Position numbers and translations under genes: made by a program. From assembly GCA_963677495.2 (NCBI GenBank), contig CAXXOU010000001.1, forward strand, positions 256,001 to 320,000: 64,000 nt of DNA, read 5' to 3'. The first letter of the stretch is position 1. Each line of letters begins with the position of its first letter. Below the pieces are notes generated by a model. The model saw only the letters and a program-made list of their open reading frames with translations. It ran no database searches and was not told where the DNA came from. Below, one piece after another: positions 51,201 through 61,269 of the stretch. Origin of the DNA: Candidatus Cloacimonadales bacterium (GTDB taxonomy: Bacteria > Cloacimonadota > Cloacimonadia > Cloacimonadales > JAFGVF01).

Positions 51201-54063
51201 AGTCTTTTATCATTTGATCAAATGGGTAATCGCTATTGCAATAGTTACTTGTACAAGTCTCATTAAGTGTTGTTAGCATTTCAGAGAACTTATCATCACC
51301 TTTTAATCTTAATCTATGAGCAAGTAAGTTTGTGCTTAGACCAAAAATCTTTTCTTTATCAGTATGATTACGGTTAGCAAATGGAGATCCAACAACAATG
51401 TCATTCTGTTGAGTATATCTATGAAGAACAACATCAAGTATTGCCATCATTACTACAAATGAGCTGCACTCAAATCTATTACAAAACTCTTTAAGTTTCC
51501 GATACCTATCACCGGATACATGCCACCATTTACGCAAACCTCTATGCTTGTCCTCAACTGTGTAGCCCTGTTTCTTTGGAAGGTCAATATCCTCCGGGAA
51601 CGGAGTAAGCTGTTTACGCCAGTATTCGAGTTGATTACGATATTTCTCTTTAGGTACATTTTTACGTTCCCAAGTAGCATAGTCAATAGCCTGGAATTTA
51701 ACACTTTGAAGCATAGGCTCCAATTTTGACAGATAAGCACCATATACATCATAAAGTTCTGTCATAAACATACCCATAGACCAACCATCTGTAACGATAT
51801 GATGTATAGTTGCCAGAAGCACATGCTTCATTCTACCAAGTTTGACTAACTGGAAAGAGTATAGATTTCCCTGCTTCAAATCAAATCTGACTTTTCCCAT
51901 TCTTTTTATTAGCCTATTGAGTCTATACTCTTGCTCTTCAACAGGTTCATTGCTGATATCATTAACTGGTAAATCTACTGTGAAAACATCATTAATATAT
52001 TGCTTAACTTCAGCTTCATCTGAATCAAACCTTGTGTGCAGAGATTCATATCTTCCAACAAGATAATACAATGATTTTTGTAATGCATCAACATCTAGTT
52101 CACCATCAATATCTACTCTTAAAGGGATATTATAGTCAATACGTTTTGTATCCATTAACCAATAATGCCATAGACCCTGTTGACCAAAAGTTATTGGGTA
52201 TCCATCTTGATCTCTAGGGATTTTTTCAAGCAAAGTTCCGTTATTATTACTTTCAGATTCTTTTACCACTTCACTCAATTTAGCGATAGTAGTATGATGA
52301 AGTAAATCCTTAAGGCTTATTGCATAGTTAAATCTATTTTGCAATCTTGTCACAATCATACCGGCCTTTAAAGAATGACCTCCAAGCTCAAAGAAATCAT
52401 CGTTTCTTCCAATATGTTTAACTCGCAACACTTCCTTCCAAACTTCAGAGATATTCTCTTCTGTCCTACTCATATACTTTTCTTTCTGACCAACTGTCTC
52501 AATTTTTCCCCAGTCAGGATCAGGTAGAGCTTTTCTATCTATCTTCTGATTAAGTGTAAGCGGGAATTTATCCAAGTGCACATAATAATCTGGGACCATA
52601 TACTCAGGAAGCTTACTTCTCAAATACTTTTTCAATACTGAGTTTGATATATTAGGTAGTTCAGAGGTAAAATATGCAACAATATCTTTCTCACCTGACG
52701 GATTCTCTTTCAAAAGTGCAACGCATTGATTTATATCATTACGACTTGCTAATGTACTGTCGATCTCTCCCAATTCGATTCTGTAACCTCTAATCTTCAC
52801 CTGATTGTCTACTCGTCCCAAGCATTCATACAAACCATCCTCAGGACAAAGTTTTCCCAAATCACCTGTTTTATATATTCGCCCCTTTGGTAAACCGTAA
52901 TCAGAACCTTCTATAAAAGATTTTTCATTTAAATCAGGTCTTTTATAATATCCACGCCCTACGCATTCTCCACCTAAATATATCTCCCCTACTTCACCTG
53001 GTGGTACAAGTTTCTTATCCTCATCAAGAATGTACACAGTACAATTTGCAACAGGAAGACCAATTGGAGGGATAGTGTGTATAGTTTCTTCAGAACCAAT
53101 ATGGCAGGCTATTGAAATAATTGTACATTCAGCGGGGCCATAAACATTGAAAAGTTCAAAACCGAAATCCGGTTTTGGTTTAACATGAAGTTTATCTCCT
53201 CCTGCACAAATATGCTTAAGATCAGGACAGTCACCTTTATATGTCTCTACAAACATTTCGGCAACCGGAGTAGCCAAGAAACATGCTTCAATCTTATTCT
53301 CTTTCAACCAGTTTTGCAATCTGTTGAAATCAAGTTCAATCTCTGTTGGAAGAAAATATAAAGTATAACCCCCTGTTAAAGAACACCAAAATTCCCACAT
53401 AGATGCATCAAAGCTTATCTTTGCTGTTTGAGTTACACGAGTTCCGTAAGGTTTGTTAAATTCAGCACGATTCCAGAGCTCAAGGTTCACTAAGTTATGA
53501 TGTTCAATCTGAACACCTTTGGGTTTTCCTGTCGATCCGGAAGTAAATATCATATATACAAGATTATTAGGGCCTACATCAACTTTAGGATTATCTTCAG
53601 GGAAATCAGTGTTTTCTTTATCATCTGATAGGATGTAATCATCACATAACTTATCGATACTATGGACATTCAAGCTATTAGTCAAAACAAGAGGGGATTC
53701 TAAATCATCAAGAATACTTTGTATTCGGGATGGTGGCAATGTAGTCTCTATTGCAATAAAACAACCACCAGCTTTAAGTATTGCCAGCATACAAACGGTG
53801 AAATCAATACCTCTAGGTATATAAATAGCAACAGGATCTTCTAGATCCAATCCTTTTTTCAGTAAGCGATGAGCTATTTTATTAGCACGTTTATTAAGTT
53901 CACTATAAGTAATCGAATAGTTTGCTTCAACAAGTGCTGTTTGGTCAGGTATATTTTCAACGTTCTCTTCAAAGTATGAATGAATTGTCCTACTCAAATC
54001 AAAATCCCTACGAGTCTCGTTGATCTTGTGATAAAGGCTAAAGTCCATATTACTAATCCCCAT
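48271..54063 (-). CDS. Bimodular non-ribosomal peptide synthetase A-T-C-A-T-TE
   Basis: Two A domains (IFTSGSTG.PKG, YGP.E, Y.TGD, QVKIRG); PCPs GGHSL and GGNSI; C domain HHIVTDG; TE GGWCFGG. Confidence 0.96.
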   Translation of the reverse strand: MGISNMDFSLYHKINETRRDFDLSRTIHSYFEENVENIPDQTALVEANYSITYSELNKRANKIAHRLLKKGLDLEDPVAIYIPRGIDFTVCMLAILKAGGCFIAIETTLPPSRIQSILDDLESPLVLTNSLNVHSIDKLCDDYILSDDKENTDFPEDNPKVDVGPNNLVYMIFTSGSTGKPKGVQIEHHNLVNLELWNRAEFNKPYGTRVTQTAKISFDASMWEFWCSLTGGYTLYFLPTEIELDFNRLQNWLKENKIEACFLATPVAEMFVETYKGDCPDLKHICAGGDKLHVKPKPDFGFELFNVYGPAECTIISIACHIGSEETIHTIPPIGLPVANCTVYILDEDKKLVPPGEVGEIYLGGECVGRGYYKRPDLNEKSFIEGSDYGLPKGRIYKTGDLGKLCPEDGLYECLGRVDNQVKIRGYRIELGEIDSTLASRNDINQCVALLKENPSGEKDIVAYFTSELPNISNSVLKKYLRSKLPEYMVPDYYVHLDKFPLTLNQKIDRKALPDPDWGKIETVGQKEKYMSRTEENISEVWKEVLRVKHIGRNDDFFELGGHSLKAGMIVTRLQNRFNYAISLKDLLHHTTIAKLSEVVKESESNNNGTLLEKIPRDQDGYPITFGQQGLWHYWLMDTKRIDYNIPLRVDIDGELDVDALQKSLYYLVGRYESLHTRFDSDEAEVKQYINDVFTVDLPVNDISNEPVEEQEYRLNRLIKRMGKVRFDLKQGNLYSFQLVKLGRMKHVLLATIHHIVTDGWSMGMFMTELYDVYGAYLSKLEPMLQSVKFQAIDYATWERKNVPKEKYRNQLEYWRKQLTPFPEDIDLPKKQGYTVEDKHRGLRKWWHVSGDRYRKLKEFCNRFECSSFVVMMAILDVVLHRYTQQNDIVVGSPFANRNHTDKEKIFGLSTNLLAHRLRLKGDDKFSEMLTTLNETCTSNYCNSDYPFDQMIKDLGYKSQSSKHPLFQVMMVYQNYPLPEIPKNKTSFKLKEIGNNTAKMDLVFNAEEFQNEMECWFEYDTSLYDESLIERMSHHFQNIMDAVFDDPEIRVKDISIITGSESYNLFREWQGTERDYPLKSTYVELLNESYKKYPYNIALKFKDESYTYRDLEIHVNSFKLKLLQTGVQTGDIVGICLDRTPETIISIMSVISSGCAYLPINPTFPQDRLKSMLKLANVKTVVSAEKYMALLSVYDGKIIKYDENNPTEPTAMVQFKTRPLHPNDPAYVIFTSGSTGTPKGISVSHKNLINHNYSIIEKLGMTEKDNMLQFGNLSFDLSVEEIFPTLLCGATLVLRTEKMVSSFTDAMQFIEEEEISILDLPTAYWHEMVHELEKAPLPESVRVVIIGGEKAAKEIYHTWAKNVKSDVMLLNTYGPTETTIIATWQEAASNLGSDFLIGKPLPNVKVYVLDNNMQPLPPGIPGELFIGGAQVAHGYIGQEELTKQVFVEHKFPDNTRDRIYRTGDIVRFTADGSLEFIGRKDFQVKIRGHRIEPEEVEANMRKLASVRDSVVLPISDDPGDMKLVAYYITESGKSLSSSQLNKELGDLLPQYMIPHYFVHMKDFPITSTGKINRKGFPLPDFKAVESSEKRLPYTPDQELICNIIADVLGIDSVGINENFFEIGGNSILSMKVINQIGKAGLLISINDLFHHKDIEDLSTKVSLKEAKGNTFGSFSMIELQRGSKDRIPIYLLHSLPGDLLGYVNLIRYLDRKQPIYGLQALGLFDESKAHTSVEEMAQYYVELIKKHCPEKTLYLGGWCFGGNVAYEIARLLEAEGYTIPNLFMIESWVKKPRGLIGFKFFMYNLRCLVKMFPGGMIRYVKAKLTSRKEYEKLVCNHIQFLDQGLFANRTAVRLKNIDAIVKYRMRPYKGEITLFSAIHQDVPLVHDTTLGWPSITKKLDITLVDSTHDTILKEPAVKVVADKMNEVLKG

Positions 54064-54241
54064 AATTATGATAAATGATTGTTACATTCTTTATAAATAA
54101 TGGCAAGCTTTTTTTGAATTATTATATTTCAGTTCTTATATTTAATCTCAAACTAAGTTTTAAACTTTCTGAGTGTAGCCCTAAAGATACTGATATCAAT
54201 TAATTCTATACAAATATATTAGGACATGTACCTCTAAAAAG

Positions 54242-54269
54242 AAACAAGCCTATAAGAATAGGCTTGTTT
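54242..54269 (-). terminator. Intrinsic terminator between C25-like gene and NRPS
   Basis: AAACAAGCCTAT...ATAGGCTTGTTT perfect stem. Confidence 0.85.
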
Positions 54270-54288
54270 GAAGTTTAATTGTTTGTTC

Positions 54289-57200
54289 TTATTTACTAAT
54301 TATTGCGTTGCTCCTAGAAGAAGAAGATGCTACAACCTTGAAGAACTTACAACTATCTGAGTTAGTTGTATATGTATAAGTTGGTGATGTGACAGTGATA
54401 ATTGGTTGTCCCCAATCTGTTGCATATGGATCATCACTTGCATAGATTTTATATGAAGCAGCATTATCAACAGCATCCCAACTCAGAATAATTGTATTAC
54501 CTGATGAAACAGCAGTAACACTTACAGGTGTGTCTAATGCTGGTGTGTTTGTCACTGTTAGAGTAACAGGGATAACAACTGATCCATTATCGGGGTCATT
54601 AGAAGTTACAACAATATTCTTTGTGTAAACACCAAGGTCAAGATCTGTTGAATCAATACTGAACAGAACATTTTCAGGTGTACCAGGCTCTACAGTCCCA
54701 CTAGTAACTGTTGTAGTCAACCATTCCGGTATGCTGTTGTTTGATATTCTGATAGCAAGGTCATTAAGTCCGAAGGCAGTATAGTAACAGATTTGCAACC
54801 CATCAGTACCATCTGAGCTTTCAATTCCAATTGTGTAATCAGTATCGCTTCCTGTACTATCGTATTGGTAAACAATATCTCCATTAGGATAAAGAATTAC
54901 CTCAAACGTTTCATATCCACCTGATGAGTAGTAATGCCTTATGTTATCATACTGTACGATAAATCTATTATTAGCTGTATCATTATAATGATAGATTGTT
55001 CCTCCACCACCTGCACTTGCAGGACGTAAATCGTCCCAAAGAGGTGCAATAAAATTGTTTGGTGTTCTTGTATTAGGTATCTGATCATTTGAATAATCAT
55101 TAAGAGTAGTACTGAATGTAAGATAGCCATTAGAACATACATTGATACTGTTATATGTAGTACCGTAGAAATCGAACGAGAATGGTAGATTAACTGAAGT
55201 ACCTGCATCATCTCCTAGAGATAACGCTGTACCAACACCGGATATTTCAACCCAGTTGTAAGCAGGACCTCCTGCTTCACGACTGTCAATCCACTCATAA
55301 CCAAATGTATCAGGTCCTCCACTGTTTCTTCCTGTATCTTGGATTCCTAGTGAGTATGTAAGATTTCCAATACCTGTATTATTGATGGTAAGGTTAATAT
55401 CACTCTGATCATTAGGAAGAATACTAGTATCAACTTGTGTTTGTGCTATTGAGATATTAGGTAGTACACCCATACCGCTAACAGCTACTAAACTTACACC
55501 TCCGGCAGCATTATGATTAATAGAAATATCACCAACATATTGAGTAGTTGTTGTTGGAGTAAAAGCCACATTGAATGTTTCTGAACCCAAAGCTCCTACT
55601 GTAAAGTTGATTGTATTTCTTGTAGCTTGATATTTGTCACCTCTACCGGTATTTGTTACAGCAAATCCTAAAGGAGTTTGAATTGTACCTGTAAGTGCCA
55701 TTGTTCCATCATTAGAAATGTCAAACTGTAAGTTTTGAGTCCCACCCTGTACAACATCTCCAAAATCAAGGAGAGCAGGTGAAACAGAACAATCAGGATA
55801 TGGAGCAGTTAGTGGTGGGAAAGTGATATAATCAACCCATGCACAGTCTGATCCATTACTCTGAGAGCCATCTTTATAATAAGTCCAGTTGAATGTATGA
55901 GTACCCTGAGAAACAGAATATGTATGTAACTCCCAATCTGTAGAACCTGCCCATTGCTCTTGCAGGTTGCCATCAATATAGAAACGAAGGTAATCATAAT
56001 TAGCTTCAGAAGAAACTTTGCTATAGAAGCTAATATCTCCGGTTGTAGCTACTGTTTGAGTAGTCATTATCTGAGATGTTTGGCTATGTGAAATTGATCC
56101 GGATTGTATACAATATGTTCCTTCATAAGCGCCTAAAGGAGTGACATACCATTCTGCATCACCATCAAACTCCCAAGCCATGTTATTCAAGTTACCGGTC
56201 TCAAAATCTTCCATAATGATTCCTACACTTATACTGTAGTTTTCGCTAAAACTAACAGCAGGTGTTCCTGTGACATTTAGTTGCAAAAGAACCGCATGTC
56301 CAGCAGGTGTAGAGCTAGAAACTGTTACCTCAAACTCTGCAGTATATGATTCATTAAATGCCAGTGTGCCGATATTAATAGAGGTCTGGTTTAATGTTGC
56401 ATAAGCATCGGTTTCTGAAAGTGAAACTGATACATTACTAGCTGTTTCCATGCCCAGATTTACTATATCTACACTGAATGTTACGACATCACCAGCTTCA
56501 ATAAAAGGACTACCGGACTGGTTTACAGCAGTCTGATTTTGAGCAAGGACATTAGTTTCATAAACAAATTCAGGAGCTTCTGTAGTGATATATAACGCTG
56601 TATTATTACTAAGCTCAGCACATGAGGAAGGATAAGTATCATTAAATGTATACTCTAAACCAACGTGTTCGTCATGATTCTCAATACCAATTGTACAGTA
56701 TTCACCATGAACATTGTCAGTAGCATTATCTACATTGTTAAATGTCTGATATTGAAACTTGATTGGACAGTCATTTGTAGGAGTTGGATGATAAGTCTCA
56801 TCATAAATAATCACCTGGAAGGTTTCATCAATTCCTCTGTTATAGATTTCACAATTATCCCATTGAACAACATAATAATGTTCACTGCTGTTATAATAAG
56901 CGTATACACCACCACCGCTTGTTTCTAGATCATCCCAGAAAGGTGCAATCATTGGGCTTGGTCCAATTGGACCCGGGATTCTCCAGTTTCTAAATGTAAT
57001 CTGGTCAGTAACTCCACCACCAATCCAACCATTAGAACAAACTGTGATTTGGTTGTAAGACTCTCCGTACATCCTTAATGGGAATGGCATATTCACAACA
57101 ACTACTTCGTCTGAATTGTTACCAGTATCACTTATGTTTAAGCGATTTGCGCTTTGAGATACATCTACCCAGTTATACTCAGGAGCTAAACTGTATCGAG

Positions 57201-59868
57201 TGTCTCCCATATCATAAATATAATAGCCATAGCTGTCCGGGCCAAGTGGATCAACAGCAGAAGGTTGGCCGACTGTTACATTGAAAGGCATTACATGATT
57301 GAATACTAAAGAGTTTACTGCAACCGTTATCGGAGATACAGCTCCCGGTATGATTGTAGCATCTGCAGTAACCTGGAAAGTAACATCCGCAGTTCCATTG
57401 GCTGCAATTGCTCCAACGTTACTAAACTGCGTAGGGAATTGCAAGTTATCTTCAATAGATGAAATCGACATGTTCTGTCCGGCAAACGTATCATTACCAA
57501 TGTTTCTAAGTGTTACGGTAACGTCTGATGTTTGTCCCGGGAGAATCACGTCTGTGCCGGTTGTTTGGAAGACCCATGAATCAACAAGAATATTTGATGC
57601 TTCAACAGGAATTGAAAAAGTTCTTACAAAATCATCACCAATTGAATCTATATGTAATAAGAAATCTAATTCTTCCGGGAAGCATGCGTTTTCTAGTTGT
57701 ATGTAGAAGGCTGAACTGTTCGTTACAGTACTTCCAGATGTAATTGTCCCATATGACACTGAACTACCTACAGTGACATTGTCATTTAAAGCTTCGATTG
57801 TGCAGGTAGTCAAATCAAGATTAGCTGTACCGTTGTTTTGAAGTGATAGATATACTTGGGCATTATTACCCGGTTCCAAATGAGTGACAGTTGAAAGCCC
57901 TAGTCTCATTGAGATGTTTGATATATCTGCAGAGTATGTAGCATTGCCTAAAGCAAAACTACCAATATGGGGAGTGAAGCCTGGTTTAGTAACAGTTAAT
58001 GTAACAGAACCACTTACACCTTCAGTTATTGGCAAGTAGATTTCACCCATTGCATTTGTTAAACCTGTTGCAAAAACTTCATCATCACCTTTCAGTATTG
58101 TTACTCTCGCTCCTTCTAGGTCACCACTGGAAGAGCTTACATTTACAAGTATTTCGCCTGTTGTGGTTGAAACTATAGATGGATATGAAACTGTCATATC
58201 TTCAGGAGCACCTTTCCAAGCACGTAAACTTGGATCACCCATAAGATTACACATATGCATGAAGTTTGAAGCTGTTGCAGGCTGTGTTACACCATAGTTG
58301 GTCCAAAGATAGTTCTTACCGGTATTCAAAGCTTCTCCGATTGTCTCTACATCATCAACAAACAGACCTGATACAATACCACCATCAAGACAGTTATTAT
58401 AAGCTGTATGAGTTCCGGATGTGGACATACCGATTGCAGCAACACCACCCTTTGGTTGAGCTACTGAACCTGCTCTTAAGAACTCTTCTGTTCTTGCTGT
58501 GCTTGTATATGTTCCGGTATCACATGTTATAATGATACAGATTGGAGTCTTTGCAATATTATTAAGAGAAGATATATCTGAATTATAGAAACCACTCATA
58601 CCAATCCAACCACGATAATGAAAATACCCAACACCACTATTCAATGTTGAACTAACAGTTACACTTGATGGATCTGCACCATAAAGTTCAGTAAAGGTAA
58701 AATCGGAGCTGTAATCCTCCATAACGTCCTGCATGTATTCGTTTCCTGATATACATGAAATACCTGATGGATTAGTGTCACCAACCAAAAGAGTTGAATT
58801 CATCCACTGCTCAGCAGGGAATAATGCATCCTTTTCATAATTAATTATTTTGTTTACAATTACCGATAACTGAGCTTCTGATTCATAAGAAATTCTACCC
58901 ATGAACACATCTTCCAGTTCATCATCTCCACTTACAAGTGCATAGGGATGGTCTCCCGGTGCACTATAATAACTTATTGAATAGTATGGAAGCCCATATG
59001 TTCCACCTGTGTCACCTACCAGAACAAAGAAATCCGGTGGATTTGACCAAGTCTGATATGCGTTTTGAAGATAGTTACGAATAGATGTTGTAGTGCTACC
59101 TGCTTGACTTGTACTTGCGGTGTGAACTTCAAAACCTTGTTGATGTTTCCAATCTACTAAAGGCTTCAAATAAGTTGTATAGTTAAGCGAGTTATTATAA
59201 ACATAAAGAATACAAGGAGGATCATCGGTTCTACTTGTTCTTTGTGTGTAATTAAGAATATTTGTTGAATATACTTTTGTGAAGGCTGAAGAATGTGGTC
59301 TTTCAACTGTTAACTCATTTTCTCCACTCTCTCGAGTATTATATGTAAGATGAATTCTTCCTCTTTTTACTATATCCAGTTCTCCCGTATTTGAGTTAAA
59401 CCTAAAAGGATATACAGCGACAGGTACAACACGTACATCACGCCAAAGTGCTGCTGATGAGTGTTCGAAAGACTCTTCCGGATAGTATCCGCTCTGAGTA
59501 GAGAGTAACATCTCATCAGTCTCTTTTTCTTTGTATCTTTTGAGATTAATACCTTGTACTTGTTCTCTTTTAGATACTGTCATTTGTGCGTTGAATGTTC
59601 CTCTTGCAGGTAACTCAAGCATAGTTGAAAAGACTGGAACTTCAGGTAGTCCTACCTCACCGGTGAAGTTATCATTGTTGATTTTGATGCTTTGAACCCT
59701 AACACCATCTACGTTATCGTCTACAAGTTCGTATGCCGGTAATTCAAATTCAATCTCGACCCCTTGCGCATCGTCAGATATTACTCTAAACACATCTGAA
59801 TTGACAGCTGTCAACAAACCTGTTATTAAAAATAATAGAATTATAGCTATAACTCTTACATTATTCAT
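54289..59868 (-). CDS. Secreted gingipain-like (peptidase C25) multidomain protein
   Basis: Signal peptide; C25 propeptide (GLPEVP); WKHQQG, VLVGD, MGRIS, KIINYE, ITCDTG, NLMGDP; repeated GPDxxGY...IAPxWDDL domains. Confidence 0.88.
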   Translation of the reverse strand: MNNVRVIAIILLFLITGLLTAVNSDVFRVISDDAQGVEIEFELPAYELVDDNVDGVRVQSIKINNDNFTGEVGLPEVPVFSTMLELPARGTFNAQMTVSKREQVQGINLKRYKEKETDEMLLSTQSGYYPEESFEHSSAALWRDVRVVPVAVYPFRFNSNTGELDIVKRGRIHLTYNTRESGENELTVERPHSSAFTKVYSTNILNYTQRTSRTDDPPCILYVYNNSLNYTTYLKPLVDWKHQQGFEVHTASTSQAGSTTTSIRNYLQNAYQTWSNPPDFFVLVGDTGGTYGLPYYSISYYSAPGDHPYALVSGDDELEDVFMGRISYESEAQLSVIVNKIINYEKDALFPAEQWMNSTLLVGDTNPSGISCISGNEYMQDVMEDYSSDFTFTELYGADPSSVTVSSTLNSGVGYFHYRGWIGMSGFYNSDISSLNNIAKTPICIIITCDTGTYTSTARTEEFLRAGSVAQPKGGVAAIGMSTSGTHTAYNNCLDGGIVSGLFVDDVETIGEALNTGKNYLWTNYGVTQPATASNFMHMCNLMGDPSLRAWKGAPEDMTVSYPSIVSTTTGEILVNVSSSSGDLEGARVTILKGDDEVFATGLTNAMGEIYLPITEGVSGSVTLTVTKPGFTPHIGSFALGNATYSADISNISMRLGLSTVTHLEPGNNAQVYLSLQNNGTANLDLTTCTIEALNDNVTVGSSVSYGTITSGSTVTNSSAFYIQLENACFPEELDFLLHIDSIGDDFVRTFSIPVEASNILVDSWVFQTTGTDVILPGQTSDVTVTLRNIGNDTFAGQNMSISSIEDNLQFPTQFSNVGAIAANGTADVTFQVTADATIIPGAVSPITVAVNSLVFNHVMPFNVTVGQPSAVDPLGPDSYGYYIYDMGDTRYSLAPEYNWVDVSQSANRLNISDTGNNSDEVVVVNMPFPLRMYGESYNQITVCSNGWIGGGVTDQITFRNWRIPGPIGPSPMIAPFWDDLETSGGGVYAYYNSSEHYYVVQWDNCEIYNRGIDETFQVIIYDETYHPTPTNDCPIKFQYQTFNNVDNATDNVHGEYCTIGIENHDEHVGLEYTFNDTYPSSCAELSNNTALYITTEAPEFVYETNVLAQNQTAVNQSGSPFIEAGDVVTFSVDIVNLGMETASNVSVSLSETDAYATLNQTSINIGTLAFNESYTAEFEVTVSSSTPAGHAVLLQLNVTGTPAVSFSENYSISVGIIMEDFETGNLNNMAWEFDGDAEWYVTPLGAYEGTYCIQSGSISHSQTSQIMTTQTVATTGDISFYSKVSSEANYDYLRFYIDGNLQEQWAGSTDWELHTYSVSQGTHTFNWTYYKDGSQSNGSDCAWVDYITFPPLTAPYPDCSVSPALLDFGDVVQGGTQNLQFDISNDGTMALTGTIQTPLGFAVTNTGRGDKYQATRNTINFTVGALGSETFNVAFTPTTTTQYVGDISINHNAAGGVSLVAVSGMGVLPNISIAQTQVDTSILPNDQSDINLTINNTGIGNLTYSLGIQDTGRNSGGPDTFGYEWIDSREAGGPAYNWVEISGVGTALSLGDDAGTSVNLPFSFDFYGTTYNSINVCSNGYLTFSTTLNDYSNDQIPNTRTPNNFIAPLWDDLRPASAGGGGTIYHYNDTANNRFIVQYDNIRHYYSSGGYETFEVILYPNGDIVYQYDSTGSDTDYTIGIESSDGTDGLQICYYTAFGLNDLAIRISNNSIPEWLTTTVTSGTVEPGTPENVLFSIDSTDLDLGVYTKNIVVTSNDPDNGSVVIPVTLTVTNTPALDTPVSVTAVSSGNTIILSWDAVDNAASYKIYASDDPYATDWGQPIITVTSPTYTYTTNSDSCKFFKVVASSSSRSNAIISK

Positions 59869-60092
59869 TTATACCTCCATTTTTGATTACAAGTTGCTCA
59901 TCTTTGTTTATGCAATTTTTAAACCTTTGTTAGTTAACTTTTTAGAATGAGCAATATTTGCGTGTATTACACGATATTAGGTTAAATTGAGTGTCTACAA
60001 ATCTCTCATTTGAATCATAGAGCTCTATTAAATGTACAGATAGGATACAACTATATTGATTCTGTAAACACTGTTAACTATAAATACTCAAC

Positions 60093-61184
60093 CTACCATT
60101 CAATTTTGATTACATCAAAGATACTTTCCCCTATTGTCTGAAGAATCGGACCCTTAACAATTCTCTCCTCCCCCTTATGCTGAAACCTGAGAAAACTCTT
60201 ATGAAGTATAGTGTTACCACGTTTAACAAGGTTCATAGGATCGAATCCTGTGATAGTAACGTCATATAATTCTTCGCTTCTTTTATTTGTCTCAAAATCA
60301 TTAAACAATTGATCTGTTTCTATTGTATAAGCTAAAACTGCGTCACCTACTTTCTCTTTAAGATCATTTCCAAGTGATGGAATTATTGTGGAATCATCTA
60401 TATTCATTATTCCATGTATATAGTCGGATAAGAAACCTGAACGCACTTGATTTTTCCAATTCGGGCAGAACCTATCTGCTACTAGACAAAGCAACAATCC
60501 CTGATTGTACAAACTTAATCTTGTTTTCAAACAACATCGAACATCATGATAGCCCTCAATGAACTCATCAATCGGAACTGAAAAGGCATTAAGCATGTTC
60601 CAGACATTGTATTCAACATAAACAGCTGTTCCTTCAATTGATTCAATCCCTTTATCATAATCAATATTATCCCCAAACAAAGCTTTCCGCTCTTTTCTTA
60701 TACTGTAAAACTCCGTAACAAAATCACGAGCCTTATCCATATCTTCTACCACAACAGCTTTATAAAGTGCCTCACGTTCTAGTAATCTAAGCGATATACT
60801 CTGCTCAGTGATTTGATAGTTGATTCCCTTTATCTCATCAGCCCCTGAAAAGAAATCATTAGAGCTTTGAAAACAGTGGAACATCTCATGAACCATTAAA
60901 GACGCTATCTTCTCTGAACTTATTTTAGGGTTAAAAGTATTAATATTGCATATTGCGACTGGATTGTCATCAAGAATAATTGCAGTATTGCCCATAAATC
61001 TCTCATCAACATCTGCTTTAAAACAGTACCCTAAATCCTCAAAATCACCCTCAATTCCAGTGTTATCATTAATATAATAATGGTCTTCGTCATATAACGC
61101 GTACTTTGTTTGCTGAAATCCGGGCCAATAATCTTCACAATCTAATAACGCAATTAAATCACGAAGCTCTTTCATTCTTTGCAT
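60093..61184 (-). CDS. Hypothetical zinc metallopeptidase-like protein (HExxH...E)
   Basis: VHEMFHCFQ and ESIEGTAVYVE; start reassigned to ATG 61184 after GGAGG. Confidence 0.7.
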   Translation of the reverse strand: MQRMKELRDLIALLDCEDYWPGFQQTKYALYDEDHYYINDNTGIEGDFEDLGYCFKADVDERFMGNTAIILDDNPVAICNINTFNPKISSEKIASLMVHEMFHCFQSSNDFFSGADEIKGINYQITEQSISLRLLEREALYKAVVVEDMDKARDFVTEFYSIRKERKALFGDNIDYDKGIESIEGTAVYVEYNVWNMLNAFSVPIDEFIEGYHDVRCCLKTRLSLYNQGLLLCLVADRFCPNWKNQVRSGFLSDYIHGIMNIDDSTIIPSLGNDLKEKVGDAVLAYTIETDQLFNDFETNKRSEELYDVTITGFDPMNLVKRGNTILHKSFLRFQHKGEERIVKGPILQTIGESIFDVIKIEW

Positions 61185-61269
61185 AAAACCTCCACCGACA
61201 AAACTGTCACCAGAGTAATGTGACGGCAAGCATTTTGTTTCAATCTTTACACTATCCAAACGGACATCG

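Noticed and set aside
48271..59868. NRPS as a leupeptin-like inhibitor of the adjacent gingipain-like protein
   Set aside because: The NRPS ends in a TE, not a reductase, so no aldehyde is expected; a strong terminator separates the genes.
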